Shown here: positions 53,223 through 64,000 of the stretch, in pieces
Layout: each line of letters starts with the position of its first letter
Numbering within the stretch: position 1 is the first letter of the stretch
DNA from: Azolla caroliniana
Taxonomy: Eukaryota; Plantae; Polypodiophyta
Direction of reading: 5' to 3'
Length of the DNA: 64,000 nt
Assembly: GCA_043228905.1 (NCBI GenBank)
Contig: JBHGNT010000002.1
Coordinates: 1,612,001 to 1,676,000 of the forward strand
Program-made: the position numbers and the translations under genes
The notes under the pieces: generated by a model
What the model was told of the DNA's origin: nothing
Databases searched by the model: none
What the model saw: the letters and a program-made list of their open reading frames with translations, nothing else

Positions 53223-55591
53223 ATGAACAAGGGAAAGAAAATTACCAAGTATCTTCTTTTAACTATTTTTTAAAATTCCGTAAAGAATCTTAAAAGATTC
53301 TCTTTTTTTTATCAAATTTTGCGTTGACAACTCGATGGACTGCATCAAGTTCCCATTGAAAAGATAGGAACTCGATGTAGTGTCCGAATTGATGTTGCTC
53401 AATGTTAAGAGCTCAAGGGGGTTGTGCAGGGTCCGAATTGATGAAGGCAATTTTGTAACAGACTCCTGCCACCCCAAAGCCTTGAAGAAAGATGTTCAAA
53501 CAAAGAACAACTTAAGTGTTGCTTTGCGCCCATACATTAAAGGAGAGCTCATGGTCGCGCAAGCAAGCACCCCACCTAAGACTACCCGGAAAGGAAAATC
53601 AGAAGACAAGAAATATAAGAAACGACAGCATCTTAAGGACGACGACCTCAAAGTACCCGAGTTCGTCAAAGGTGAGGAGGAAGATACACAACTAGAAGTA
53701 ATTCTTGCAGGTGGCCAAATTGCCTCAGGAATCCTCACCTCAACACAAAATCAGATTCGTGAAAATATCACAAAGACTAAACTTGTCCGTAAGGGACAAT
53801 TGTTTCATTTACCGATTTGTTAAATTTAGAGGCCACCAATCGATCCAGAAACAGGAAGACGGGTTGCATTAAGTGCATGTGCAGAATTTGAAATTTAGCA
53901 AAATGAAGATCAATCCACATGCTACTGTTGTGCCATTCTTAGTAATGGTAGACCCATATCAACGCCCAACTATAGCGAACTTAAAGTATAGTTCGGTAGA
54001 TGATTATACATACTATGTTATTGGAGGATCCCACTCAGATGTTGATGCTCGACGTCAACTTGTTAAGGAGTATCCTCTTACATCGTTCTTCAAATATGTA
54101 GAATGTAAAGTGTTTGTTGGTCTTACACATGAAGAAGCCAAGTTGCTAGCCTAGGACCACAATAATGACAATGCCTACAAAAGATGTCATGTATAGAGCA
54201 CATCAGGTTCTTTCATCACGAGTACCTTGATGCTTTGCAAAAATTTGGTCCTAGGTTGCATCTTGGATTGTGACGACAATGTCTTATTCAAGTGGGAATA
54301 TCAGTTGATGAAAGCACAAAGTCTGAAGGCTTGAGAAAGTATGACTCATGGTTTCAGCTTGCTTTCAGGACAAGGGAGGTGTGGGACCTCCAAGATCAAA
54401 TATTCAGTATGTGGGAGTGAAAAGAGATAAAGGGTCAACGTTCAAAGAAGGCTAGTAAGTTGGACCCTCAAGTGGAGATGAAGTCTAAGTCAAGTAAAAG
54501 TGACTTTGTGATAGAGGAATTAACCAAGGACATGAAGTTGCTTCCTTGGCGATCATTGCAAGGGATAAAAGATGACAGATTATTAATATATGTATTCCTA
54601 TGTATTATCAAGAGTGGCCGCCAAGGAATTTAGCTTGGATGAAATGGCCACAGAGTTTCAAAAGTGAGTAATCTATGTGATCATTGTTTTTTATTGGATT
54701 GCATTGTTAATTTGCTCTTGATTCTAACATTTATGTGTAATGTTTTTTAGCCATAAGGTTTACATGAAGATGCCAAAGTTGATGATGAAAAAGTTGTCCC
54801 TACCTACGTGGGAAGAAGTGGAGCAGTCGTGCTCAAAAACATCATCTTATAAGGCTCTTGAAGAATTTTTCATTGCATTTAGAGAATGGGTATGTGTGGT
54901 TATATCTTAAATATAGTTGATTTTAGGATAATGCGCATTTTCTTATAAAGCTTATAATTGCAAAAACCACCTCGCTCCAAAAAATTGGGTGATAGCAATG
55001 AAGACATTCCAAGTGCATTCATCAATCATTTGCAACGAGCGAAGTATGAAAAGCGAATGACGAAAGGAAAGGAGCTAGAGGTGCCTGAAGACTCGGATAC
55101 AGTGAAGAGTTTTCTACACAAGGCTGATCCTTTCCGCCAATTGTATTATAGTGTATATAATGGTGATTTGGGTAATATGCTTAACATATTACCCAAGAGG
55201 CATTATACATTGCTCGTCGTGGACATACCATACGAGTTTCGAATAATGGGGTCCACATACAACGAGGTGCCTTATAAATATCCTCAGATAGAAAAGATGG
55301 TGAACGACTTTGCAGAGCTAACCCTGGCTCCATTGTGGCGAATTGGTGATATTTCATAGTATGGGTCAAGCTTTATTGATCACTACTGCATTAAAGTCGA
55401 GATGCCATGCAACTGAACACATGGATTGGTAAGCTTTAAGTTGTTTCTATTTTATATATGGTTTCAATTGTACTTACTATATAGATATTGACTTATTTCT
55501 ATTCCATTACAAATAGGGTTAAGACGAATATAACTCGTACCCCACACAATCGAATGGTGAGCGTTGTGGAGCTTGTGTGTGGGGTACTATG
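53223..55591 (+). pseudogene. 5' half of an intron-containing ParB-like / amino-DNA-methyltransferase fusion gene
   Basis: ParB/Srx-like VVPFLVMVDP...YYVIGGSHS..ARRQL...EEAKLLA*DHN. MTase motif IV-like LLVVDIPY (55222-55233) and spliced W/VKTN. Introns at ~54664-54750, ~54890-54958 (acceptor degenerate) and ~55428-55516. Contains stops and frameshifts. Confidence 0.7.
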
Positions 55592-55908
55592 TGTCATAGA
55601 CATATGCCATGAAAGAAGGTAGGCATTGAACCCAAGACCTCATGGTCTCTATTGGGCAACCCTACCACTTGAGCTACATATGCATCCTAGTATTTAATTC
55701 AACTTCATATAGTGTAGATTGAACATTGGAAGTTCCTAGCTTGCATGTATTCTCATTTTCTAGCTTGCATGCATTCTCTATTGCATGCATCCTCATGCGT
55801 ACTCTATTGCATGCATCCTCATGCATACTCTATTTCTAGCTGGCTTACATAGCCCTACCTTCTTGTATAAATACTCATGTGCACCTTGATTCTAATCAAG
55901 GTGAACAA
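55592..55908 (+). mobile_element. Chromovirus 5' LTR (3' end rearranged)
   Basis: Reverse complement of 59205-59486; preceded by CTATG. Confidence 0.85.
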
Positions 55909-56011
55909 ACTGTCACGGACAAGTATAATAGAGTAGAACAAAGATAAGACTAGAGAACGAGAGAGAGTAAAAGAACAAGAACTCAACTTATAGAACACGA
56001 AAGAAGGTAGG

Positions 56012-56850
56012 GATTGAATGAAGCCCTTCGCGAGATTCTCAGCCAAATATGTGCGGAGAGCCTCAAGTTCGGGTTCGGATAACCCATAGATAGGACCGAA
56101 TGGGGGATGCTCGCCAGGTTGGAGTTCGATTGGGCAATCGTAGGGATGATGAGCTGCTAACCGATCGGCATTCCGCTTTTTGAAGATGTCGGAAAAGTCG
56201 TTATATCGGATGGGTAAATTGGTGATAGGAACGGTGGCGTTTCCCGACACAACAGCCAATGTAGCGACCAAACCGGACTTGACCGTAACAGAATCAAGAG
56301 AGTGTTGTGACCGAGCTGGAATTGGCGTTCTTGGAAAAGTGATGGAGCGGCTACACCAATCCACCGTCGGATTGTGTGTCTCCAACCAAGATAGCCCCAA
56401 CACAATCGGATGTCGGGGAGTCGCGATGAGGTAGAAAGTCAGTTCCTCCTGGTGTGCCCCGATTTGATATACTAATGGGATAGTGGTTTTAGTAACCGCC
56501 CCCGACGAGAGAACTCGTTCGTCGATTGCTTCAACGGATATGGGTTGTGATGTGCGGAAGGTGGGGATATTATGTCCAAATACAAACGATTTATCGATAA
56601 AGTAAGTAGATGCTCCGAAGTCGAGCAAGGCATGAGAATGTATTGAAGTCGAACCAAAACAAAGGCTTACTTGCAAAGAAAACCCTCCTAATGGCGGTAC
56701 AGACTTGTAGGAGCATGGAGAAGGTGAGTAACGGGAAGCGTTCAACAGCATGGCTCCTACTGCAACTGGACTTGGTCGTTTTCCGGGACAACAACCTCCT
56801 CCGCCGCCACCTGTGGAATTATCGACAGGTGGAAGTAAGGGTCATGTGAA
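56012..56850 (-). pseudogene. Chromovirus (Tcn1/Tf-like) protease and RT N-terminus fragment
   Basis: ALLDFGASTYFID, IVLGLSWLETHNPTVDW, YDCPIELQPGEHPPFGPIYGLSEPELEALRTYLAENLAKGFIQ. Confidence 0.85.
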
Positions 56851-56937
56851 TATGAAGACTACTATAATTCAGGTGTATTGACTCTCAAGTCTATGATTTA
56901 TGCAAGAGTTGCCCCTATAACATTTGGTTTCTCTCAT

Positions 56938-57214
56938 ATATGCTACTGAACATAGATGTGGAGTGGTGGTAAAAGGTCAGAATTTGAGTGGAAATATCTC
57001 TACCACTGATCCTTTGAAGGATAATAGGCCATTGCAAGTAGTCGAAGCTCTGGATGATTCTGATAGTGCAAAACATACTGCTATAGTGGTGAATGAGCTT
57101 TCACATGAGATGAGACAAATACTTCGCTCCCATGCATTGAACCAGGAGCGCTTGTCTCAGGGAAAGAGTGTTGCGAATGTTGTGCTTTTGCGAGGGTGTG
57201 GAATCCGGATTCAG
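56938..57214 (+). pseudogene. Isolated exon of archaeal-type (ApgM-like) cofactor-independent phosphoglycerate mutase
   Basis: YATEHRCGVVVKG.NLSGNIS.TDPLKDNR...VVNELS...ANVVLLRGCGIRI; GT donor at 57215; acceptor degenerate. Confidence 0.8.
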
Positions 57215-58327
57215 GTCAGCTAATTTTGTTTTCACTTTTGGATCCTGATTACAAATATGCATACTTCTGGTTAGCCATTTTGAAGAAAGAGTTTCCTAAA
57301 ACTTCATATCCCTAATCAATAAAGTCAAGGGTTACAAGAATATGATGAAGACTGATGTCAAATCGGAATGGTTCATTAATACTCAAAGACATGCTTATAA
57401 GCTTGGTTTGGACATATTCATGATCACCATTTGGCATTCATACAAGCATTGTTGAAATCTAGCAAGATCAAGTGTGTGAATCATTGCTTAGTCAAATGCC
57501 ACATCACTAAACTTTTTTGCTAGAAACACTGAGACATTTGAAACTGGTAATATGTCGCATTCCCTTATCGATAATTACATGAGATGTCAAGAATTACTTT
57601 TTTTGAACAAATTTTCAAGAACCTATCACGTATGCGTACATGATTTTTAAAGACACCACTAAAAAATGCAGTTAATCATTTGAAGATTAAAAATTTAACT
57701 GACATTTTTTCAATTCAAATACAAATTTAACTGATTCTTAGATAAGATGACAGGAATGCATCCAAATATAATTGTAATATACTTCATTGTACAGAATGTT
57801 GAATTCGAATCCAACTTAACAAATTTAGAAATGCAATTATGTTACTATATTTGTCTCTAAAATTTATAAAGATTGATATGTCGAGTTTGTAAATAGGATT
57901 TATGGATATAACTAGAAAAAAATTCGCAAAAGAAATCTCATGAGATACCATGCATGCAAAAAAACCACTACAAACATTATATGTCAATCATACATGAACA
58001 ACGTGAATGCATTATCATATGAGCAACCATCTTGCCTTAATATTATTGTGTTTACTCGAAAATAGTTTACCAAGATTAATGACAACAAAAATCATATAAT
58101 AAACACTAAGTTCAATTATATTAATCGAGAAACAATTGATAAGTTAAAATCATATGTTCAATGGAAATTATACTTAACCACATACTCTACAAGTCAACCT
58201 TTGTAACATATGATAGACACATTGAGTTCGAGACACCAATAGGATAGGTTAAAGAAATTATACTCAAACGAAAAGTTCTTGTACTTCAAAACAATATGTC
58301 AGTTACAAATACAAAGAATTATTCAAA

Positions 58328-59106
58328 TCACTCCATTAGGAGGTCTAGAATAGGATGTTCTCCAAGATCAACTGGTTGTTGTGTCATATCCGCTTGTTCC
58401 GTCTACTCAGTTGAATCTTGTGTTTGTTCGGACTCTGGTACATCCTCGAGGTCGACAAGGTCCCCTCCATCTTCGTCTATAGGTTCCATTGATTCTTTGG
58501 AGGTCAACTAAAACATCTCAGTTTCATTGATATGATTTGCCCCAACCTCCTGGTCTTGGTAAATCCTCGAGGTCGACAAGGTTGCCTCCATCTTCGTCTA
58601 TAGGTTCCATCGGTTCTTAGGAGGTCAATTGAAACATCTCAATTTCATTGATATGCTTTGCCCCAACCTCTTGGTCTTGGTCAGGACAATCCCACATACC
58701 TTGGATCCTCATTTTAATAAAATTAACTTGTGAGGGGTCCTTCTCCAAGGCGACACAGTTCCTGAACCGTTTCAGGGCACATGTAGTCGTTCCTGAATAA
58801 ACAATCGTAAATGCGTAAGTAAGAAAACAAAGTCGAGAAAATCAATTTTATATTAAGATAAATTGATCATACTTATAAGAATACATGTTCCAGAGAATAA
58901 GTTGAGCACCCAATCATCAAGGTTGGAGAACAACTCGATCAATCGATTTATTAAACGTTGGGGCTTTTGGTACGGGTTAACTAGACACTTGTCGCCAAAA
59001 ACATGGCATAACTTCTTTGTCACAGCTGGGCACATGATATAATTAATTTACGACGTTTCGCTCATTCACATGTACCCGAGCCTTCTTCTTAGAAATTGCG
59101 TCATAG
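58328..59106 (-). pseudogene. Inverted 3' half of the amino-DNA-methyltransferase gene
   Basis: NPYQKPQRLINRLIELFSNLDDWVLNLFSGT, then an intron (58884-58793), then xTTTCALKRFRNCVALEKDP: motifs X, I and II of beta-class MTases. Begins with the CTATG TSD. Confidence 0.75.
58443..58681. repeat. ~121-bp tandem duplication in the acidic MTase tail
   Basis: tcctcgaggtcgacaagg...ccccaacctc.tggtcttggt occurs twice. Confidence 0.85.
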
Positions 59107-59695
59107 TGTCATGGACAAGTATAATAGAGTAGAACAAAGATAAGACTAGAGAACAAGAGAGAGTAAAAGAACAAGAACTCAACTTATAGAACCCGTAACT
59201 TGTGTTGTTCACCTTGATTAGAATCAAGGTGCACATGAGTATTTATACAAGAAGGTAGGGCTATGTAAGCCAGTTAGAAATAGAGGATGCATGAGGATGC
59301 ATGCAATAGAGAATGCACGAGGATGCATGCAAGCTAGAAAATGAGGATACATGCAAGCTAGGAACTTCCAATGTTCAATCTACACTATATGAAATTGAAT
59401 TAAATACAAGGATGCATATGTAGCTCAAGTGGTAGGGAGGTCTTGGGTTCAATCCCTACCTTCTTTTGTGGCATATGTCTATGACATTATCCTCCCTCTA
59501 AGGCCGCCTCCTAACACCCGCGGCCGGTTTATGGGGGTATCGTTGATGAAAAGCGCGAATTGCCTCCGATGCATTTTGTAAATGTGTAATTGGTTCCCAT
59601 GTGGCGTCCGAAAGAGGGTAACCTTTCCATAAGACCAAGTATTGAAGTTTCCCTCAATGCAAGCGAGAGTCGAGGATCCGGTCAACCTCATACTT
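59107..59695 (-). mobile_element. Chromovirus 3' end: chromodomain (~59500-59695), PPT and 3' LTR (59107-59486)
   Basis: [64 protein letters not shown] before TGTCATAG...CATGACA. Confidence 0.88.
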
Positions 59696-59975
59696 ATTGT
59701 TAATTAATACATTGCCGATTTTCGCTTATTTCTCTCTCATTTCCCTTTTTCATACTTGTCTTCAACTCAATCTTATTCTTGGGTATGACCTTAACACATA
59801 AAAAAGACAAATTGCTTTACACTATTTGAATACTGTGGAATTAAAACTTTATTGGAATATAGATGCATCGAAGTGGGAAATGGAGTTTATGGAACTCATA
59901 ACATGATTTTTTAACAAATCATATTGAATTATATTTTTAACAAATAGTATCATTACCAAACCACCAATTTTATTG

Positions 59976-60219
59976 TGTTTGAGCTAAATTACAACAAACG
60001 GATACTGACAAGAATTTAGCATTCATTTAACACATCGAGGAAATTCCAAAACATGTTTGAGCTAAATTACAACAAATGGATACTGACAAGAATATAGCAT
60101 TCATTTAATACATCGAGGAAATTCCAAAACATGTTTGAGCTAAATTACAACAAATGGATACTGACAAGAATTTAGCATTCATTTAACACATCGAGGAAAT
60201 TCCAAAACATGTTTGAGCT
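59976..60219. repeat. 78-bp tandem repeat, about 3.1 copies
   Basis: tgtttgagctaaattacaacaaa...ccaaaaca at 59976, 60054 and 60132. Confidence 0.92.
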
Positions 60220-60482
60220 CTAGGCATTTGATGCCTCCATCAACGATTGGTCAATGACAAGAATTTAAAATATACATGGATACTAACTTCCTCAATATGA
60301 CACATGGTTTCAATTTCGTGGTTCAGTTTTGGTTTTCAAGTCAGGTCAAAATTCAAATTTTCAATTAAAATTATTTCATTATTTCAAATTTTAATTTTTC
60401 AAAAATTTAAAGATTTTCCCTAAAGTGTGAGAATTAGACTTTAAAATGAAAATGTTGTTTAAATAAGTATTAAAAAAATAAT

Positions 60483-60641
60483 CAATTGGCAACCCTACAC
60501 CATCAAATCGTTTAAACCAAACCGAATTGTTCAACTCCCAAACTGAACTTGAGCCGAACTAAATTGAACCTTTTAAACCATTAAGCCGTTAAGCCACAGT
60601 TTCGTAGTTCAGTTCGGTTCAAACCGAACCGTTGCCAATTG
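60483..60641. mobile_element. Possible MITE remnant
   Basis: Inverted repeat CAATTGGCAAC/GTTGCCAATTG enclosing many aaccg/cggtt motifs; no TSD seen. Confidence 0.35.
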
Positions 60642-63600
60642 TTACCTTTGGGTGGCCCAACTTTTGGGCTATCTTTTGGTCCTCATTTTCTCCCCTTTAC
60701 ATTCACTAAGAACAACTTTCCTCCATGTAACTTTTCCACCCTAATTAATTAAGATATACATATTTTTTAGTTATCTATTAGCTATTTAATTGAAACGCGT
60801 CATATATCTTCTTATGTAGTAATTATTTATTTAATTAGGACTAACATATTTGTTAATTAGTGTAGTGATTATGTGTGTTAATTCTAAAAGTTAAGATGAC
60901 TTTGAGGCTTTCATCATTTCATGGAATGGAGAGATAAATGTTTGTATGTTTTAATGAATGATGTGTTCTTTGTGATTGGGGAGGGATGTTTCCTAACCCC
61001 TTGGGCACCATGAGGAAAGTGACCCCGTGGAACTCAATAGAGACCCATAAAAAACTCTTAAGGTATACGTTGTGTTGGCCCCTTCAATCAAACTTGATTC
61101 AAATAGCATGTAATCTTATATTCTTACACATGGCAACCCACAAATTAAGCATTGTCAACCTCACAATAATACATCTCTCTAACTCTTTACTTACAAGTCA
61201 CAAAGGTTGTGACATCACACTCTCCACTTATCATCGACTTTGAGTCACAATATGCTTGTGTGGATAATAGTGATGGAACTCGTGGATCATAATGGGTATA
61301 TATCAGTGAGGTGGATGGTGGATTCTCAAGTGGTCTCCATATAGAATAACTTTTCCACAAGATGAAGAAATGGAGCTAGAGTGTCATGAAAATATACATG
61401 TGCATGTGAATTATGAGTGGAACCCCCAAGGAAGATGGCATTCCTTAGGTTTTCGTAGAGTTGAGATTCTTATCACAATTCATATGGATTTGCTTGAAAA
61501 CACACATTGTGTTGTCACGTAAATGTGTGCATGTGCAACTTGAGCAAGACCACTGAAGTAATAGACCAAGGAGGACGTGATGTTGTGTGAGAAAATTATT
61601 TGAACCGTTATAGCGAAATCTCCTTGCGTGAATGCCCTTTCTTCTAAAGTTGCCAACATGTAATGGTGCACAGTGGTGAAGAAGAAGACCCGAAAATACT
61701 CTCAAACCAAACCCTATAACTCTCCAATAGAAAGGTAAGAGGAAGAAGAAATAAACCCAAAAATCCCAAGTGAGAAGAAGAAGAAAGCAAACCACCTCCA
61801 AAAGATAAACTTAAGGGTGCACACTCTAAACACAAAATGAGCAACCCGAAATAAGCCCTCTTCTTATTTTTTTATACAAAAGGGAATAGTTCCATTATCC
61901 ATAATACATACTCAATGCCACCATTACGCCATTACATACTCAATAACTTTAACCATTAAGGCATTTACTTTCACTTATTGCATACATCTTTTTATGAATA
62001 TATATTTTTCTATGGCTATGGTTGGACCCCCTTTTATTCACTTTTCACCTTTTGGCTTGCCACATCACAATAACCTTTGTACTTATGTAGCTCACGCAAA
62101 CAAGAGTTGGAGTACAAACAAGTGCCACCGATAGGTGCCATCATAGGAGTAGAAGCGACACAAGAATACAAACCATAACAATAAGGGGAGATATCAAAAC
62201 TAAATTAATTGAAGAGGAAATAATTATCACAACCATTGGCATGATGACATATTGATAAGGACTAACCGAAGAAAAATGAGAGTGGTGGCATTGAAAAAGG
62301 ATAGATACAACGGCAAATATTATAACCAATGAAAGCATTGGTGTGGAAACATGTATCACAAAGGTTGGGGCAATGGCATGTCAAGAAGGATGACTTAGAC
62401 AAAAACAAATGTGACAACAAAAGCAAGCTGACAATGTGGGTGGCTGAAACTACTAGATTCGACCAACTAGTGTACCCCTAAGTTGTGGGCCTCTACCCAA
62501 GGCAATCCCAAGATGTTTAGATGTCAAGGGTAAGCAATAAGATTAAGGCTAATTTCTACGTGATGTGATCCCAATTGAATAAGCAACATAAAAAATTTCA
62601 ATGTGTAACCACACCTAAAGAAGGAAAGCAATCTTTGATCACTTCCATGAAGTTTGGGGTGGTTTTATAATTTAGCATTGGCAATGTTGATGAAACAAGT
62701 TGTGTCTCTAGAGGCAATCGACACTTCGGTTGAAAAGAAGGTTGAGCCACTAATGAGGTGTACAACAATAAGTGAAACTCTAGGTTCAACTAATTGGGGG
62801 TTGAAGCTTTGGCAAAGAGTGCAAAAGTCAATGTTATCCAGATGTGTTGCTCCTATTGCAACTAGACATTGCCATTTATGAATTGGTATACTCCATAGAG
62901 CATGCCCCTTGTTGTTGGTCTGTTGTACAAGAGTAGGTCATATGTCTGGGTTTTCCATAGTACATTCAAAAGTTGTGATCCCAATGATGTTGTCATTGGA
63001 TAGAAGTCAAAACCAGTTGGCAATTTTGTCATATATCCTTATTGTAGATTGTAAAGTTTGTTCATTGCAAATCAACATTTTTGAAGGTCACGTTGATTAG
63101 CATATGGGATTAGGCTTAATACACTTGATTAATACATGTACATGAGATTAACATCAAAATAAACTCATATTAAGATCTAGATTGAAGATTATACAAGACA
63201 TCCCTTTATAATGTATGGTTTACAAAAGATACATAGTGAATAAGCACAATGGTGATAACAAGAAATGATACAATGAATGATTAGAAGAGAATTGGGTACG
63301 GTGGGTTAGTTGCAAGGATCCAAGCTATCTGATCTTCGACGAGGCCTCACCTACCATCAATGGTCACGCCGTCTTCATTGTTGAGATAGTGTCCTCGTGC
63401 CACTTTGAGCCTCCTTCCTTGCCCGATGAGCTAACTCTACCTTCTTTCTCTTTGACACAGCTTCTTCAAGTGGGACAAACCCTAAACACTCTCAAGTAAA
63501 AAGAAAATAAGAAAAGGAAGAACGAACCTAAACTCCTGTGAAAAGATGAAGAAGAAAACCCTCAAATCTGTAAGTGTGATGAGGAGAAGAAAGAAACCCT

Positions 63601-64000
63601 AAAATTCAAAGAAGAAACCCCAAATTCCCAAGTAAGTGCAGTGGAGAAGACGAAGATTAAGAAAAGTCCCATAAGACCCTAATGGTGCACTCTTGAAACA
63701 CAAAATGAGCGACCTGAAAGACTAGACTGGTCAAAACTTCACAGAACCCATGTTTGCTCTAAACCACTAAGAGAGAATAGATTTCTATGAAATCATCGAA
63801 AAATGAGCTTTTGGACGAGTTTGTGATGATTATCAACACCTAAAAAGCCACTTGAGCTTCATCAAAACTGGTGTTAAACTCCCTGTGAACAAATGATGCA
63901 AACAAATTACACATCCTTCTATTGAACTGGGGTGAAATCCTTACATCCTAAATTACGTGATGTGAATGCTTGATTCATTAACTTGAGATGATCTTGCACA

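Noticed and set aside
59976-60219. CRISPR-like periodicity
   Set aside because: Whole units repeat with no unique spacers, and the context is eukaryotic
61640-63720. Similar ~100-200 bp blocks near 61750 and 63610 with possibly decayed retroelement sequence between them
   Set aside because: Too degenerate to define termini, TSD or domains

Overview
Eukaryotic land-plant genomic DNA, probably from a seed-free plant such as a fern (inferred from the transposon lineages). Host genes: the first three exons of a plastid-targeted rhodanese/sulfurtransferase (minus strand), a two-exon thaumatin-like protein gene (minus strand), a PPR relic and an orphan cofactor-independent phosphoglycerate mutase exon. 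From 16.4 to 48 kb lies a nest of retroelements whose boundaries can be resolved by target-site duplications (TSDs): LINE > Copia A > non-coding LTR element B > tRNA-Trp-primed Gypsy C > solo LTRs, plus Copia E inside A and a sister Gypsy F. The Trp-primed Gypsy family shows a -1 frameshift signal (G_GAT_TTT plus a pseudoknot) between protease and RT, and makes 4-bp CpG-centred TSDs. The most striking feature is at about 49-59 kb: a decayed DNA transposon with a Sola-like DDE transposase and, divergently, an intron-containing gene for a ParB-like domain fused to a bacterial-type beta-class amino (N6-A/N4-C) DNA methyltransferase. A chromovirus insertion (TSD CTATG) split that gene and its 3' half was later inverted. 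All protein assignments come from motif recognition by eye; no database search was run.
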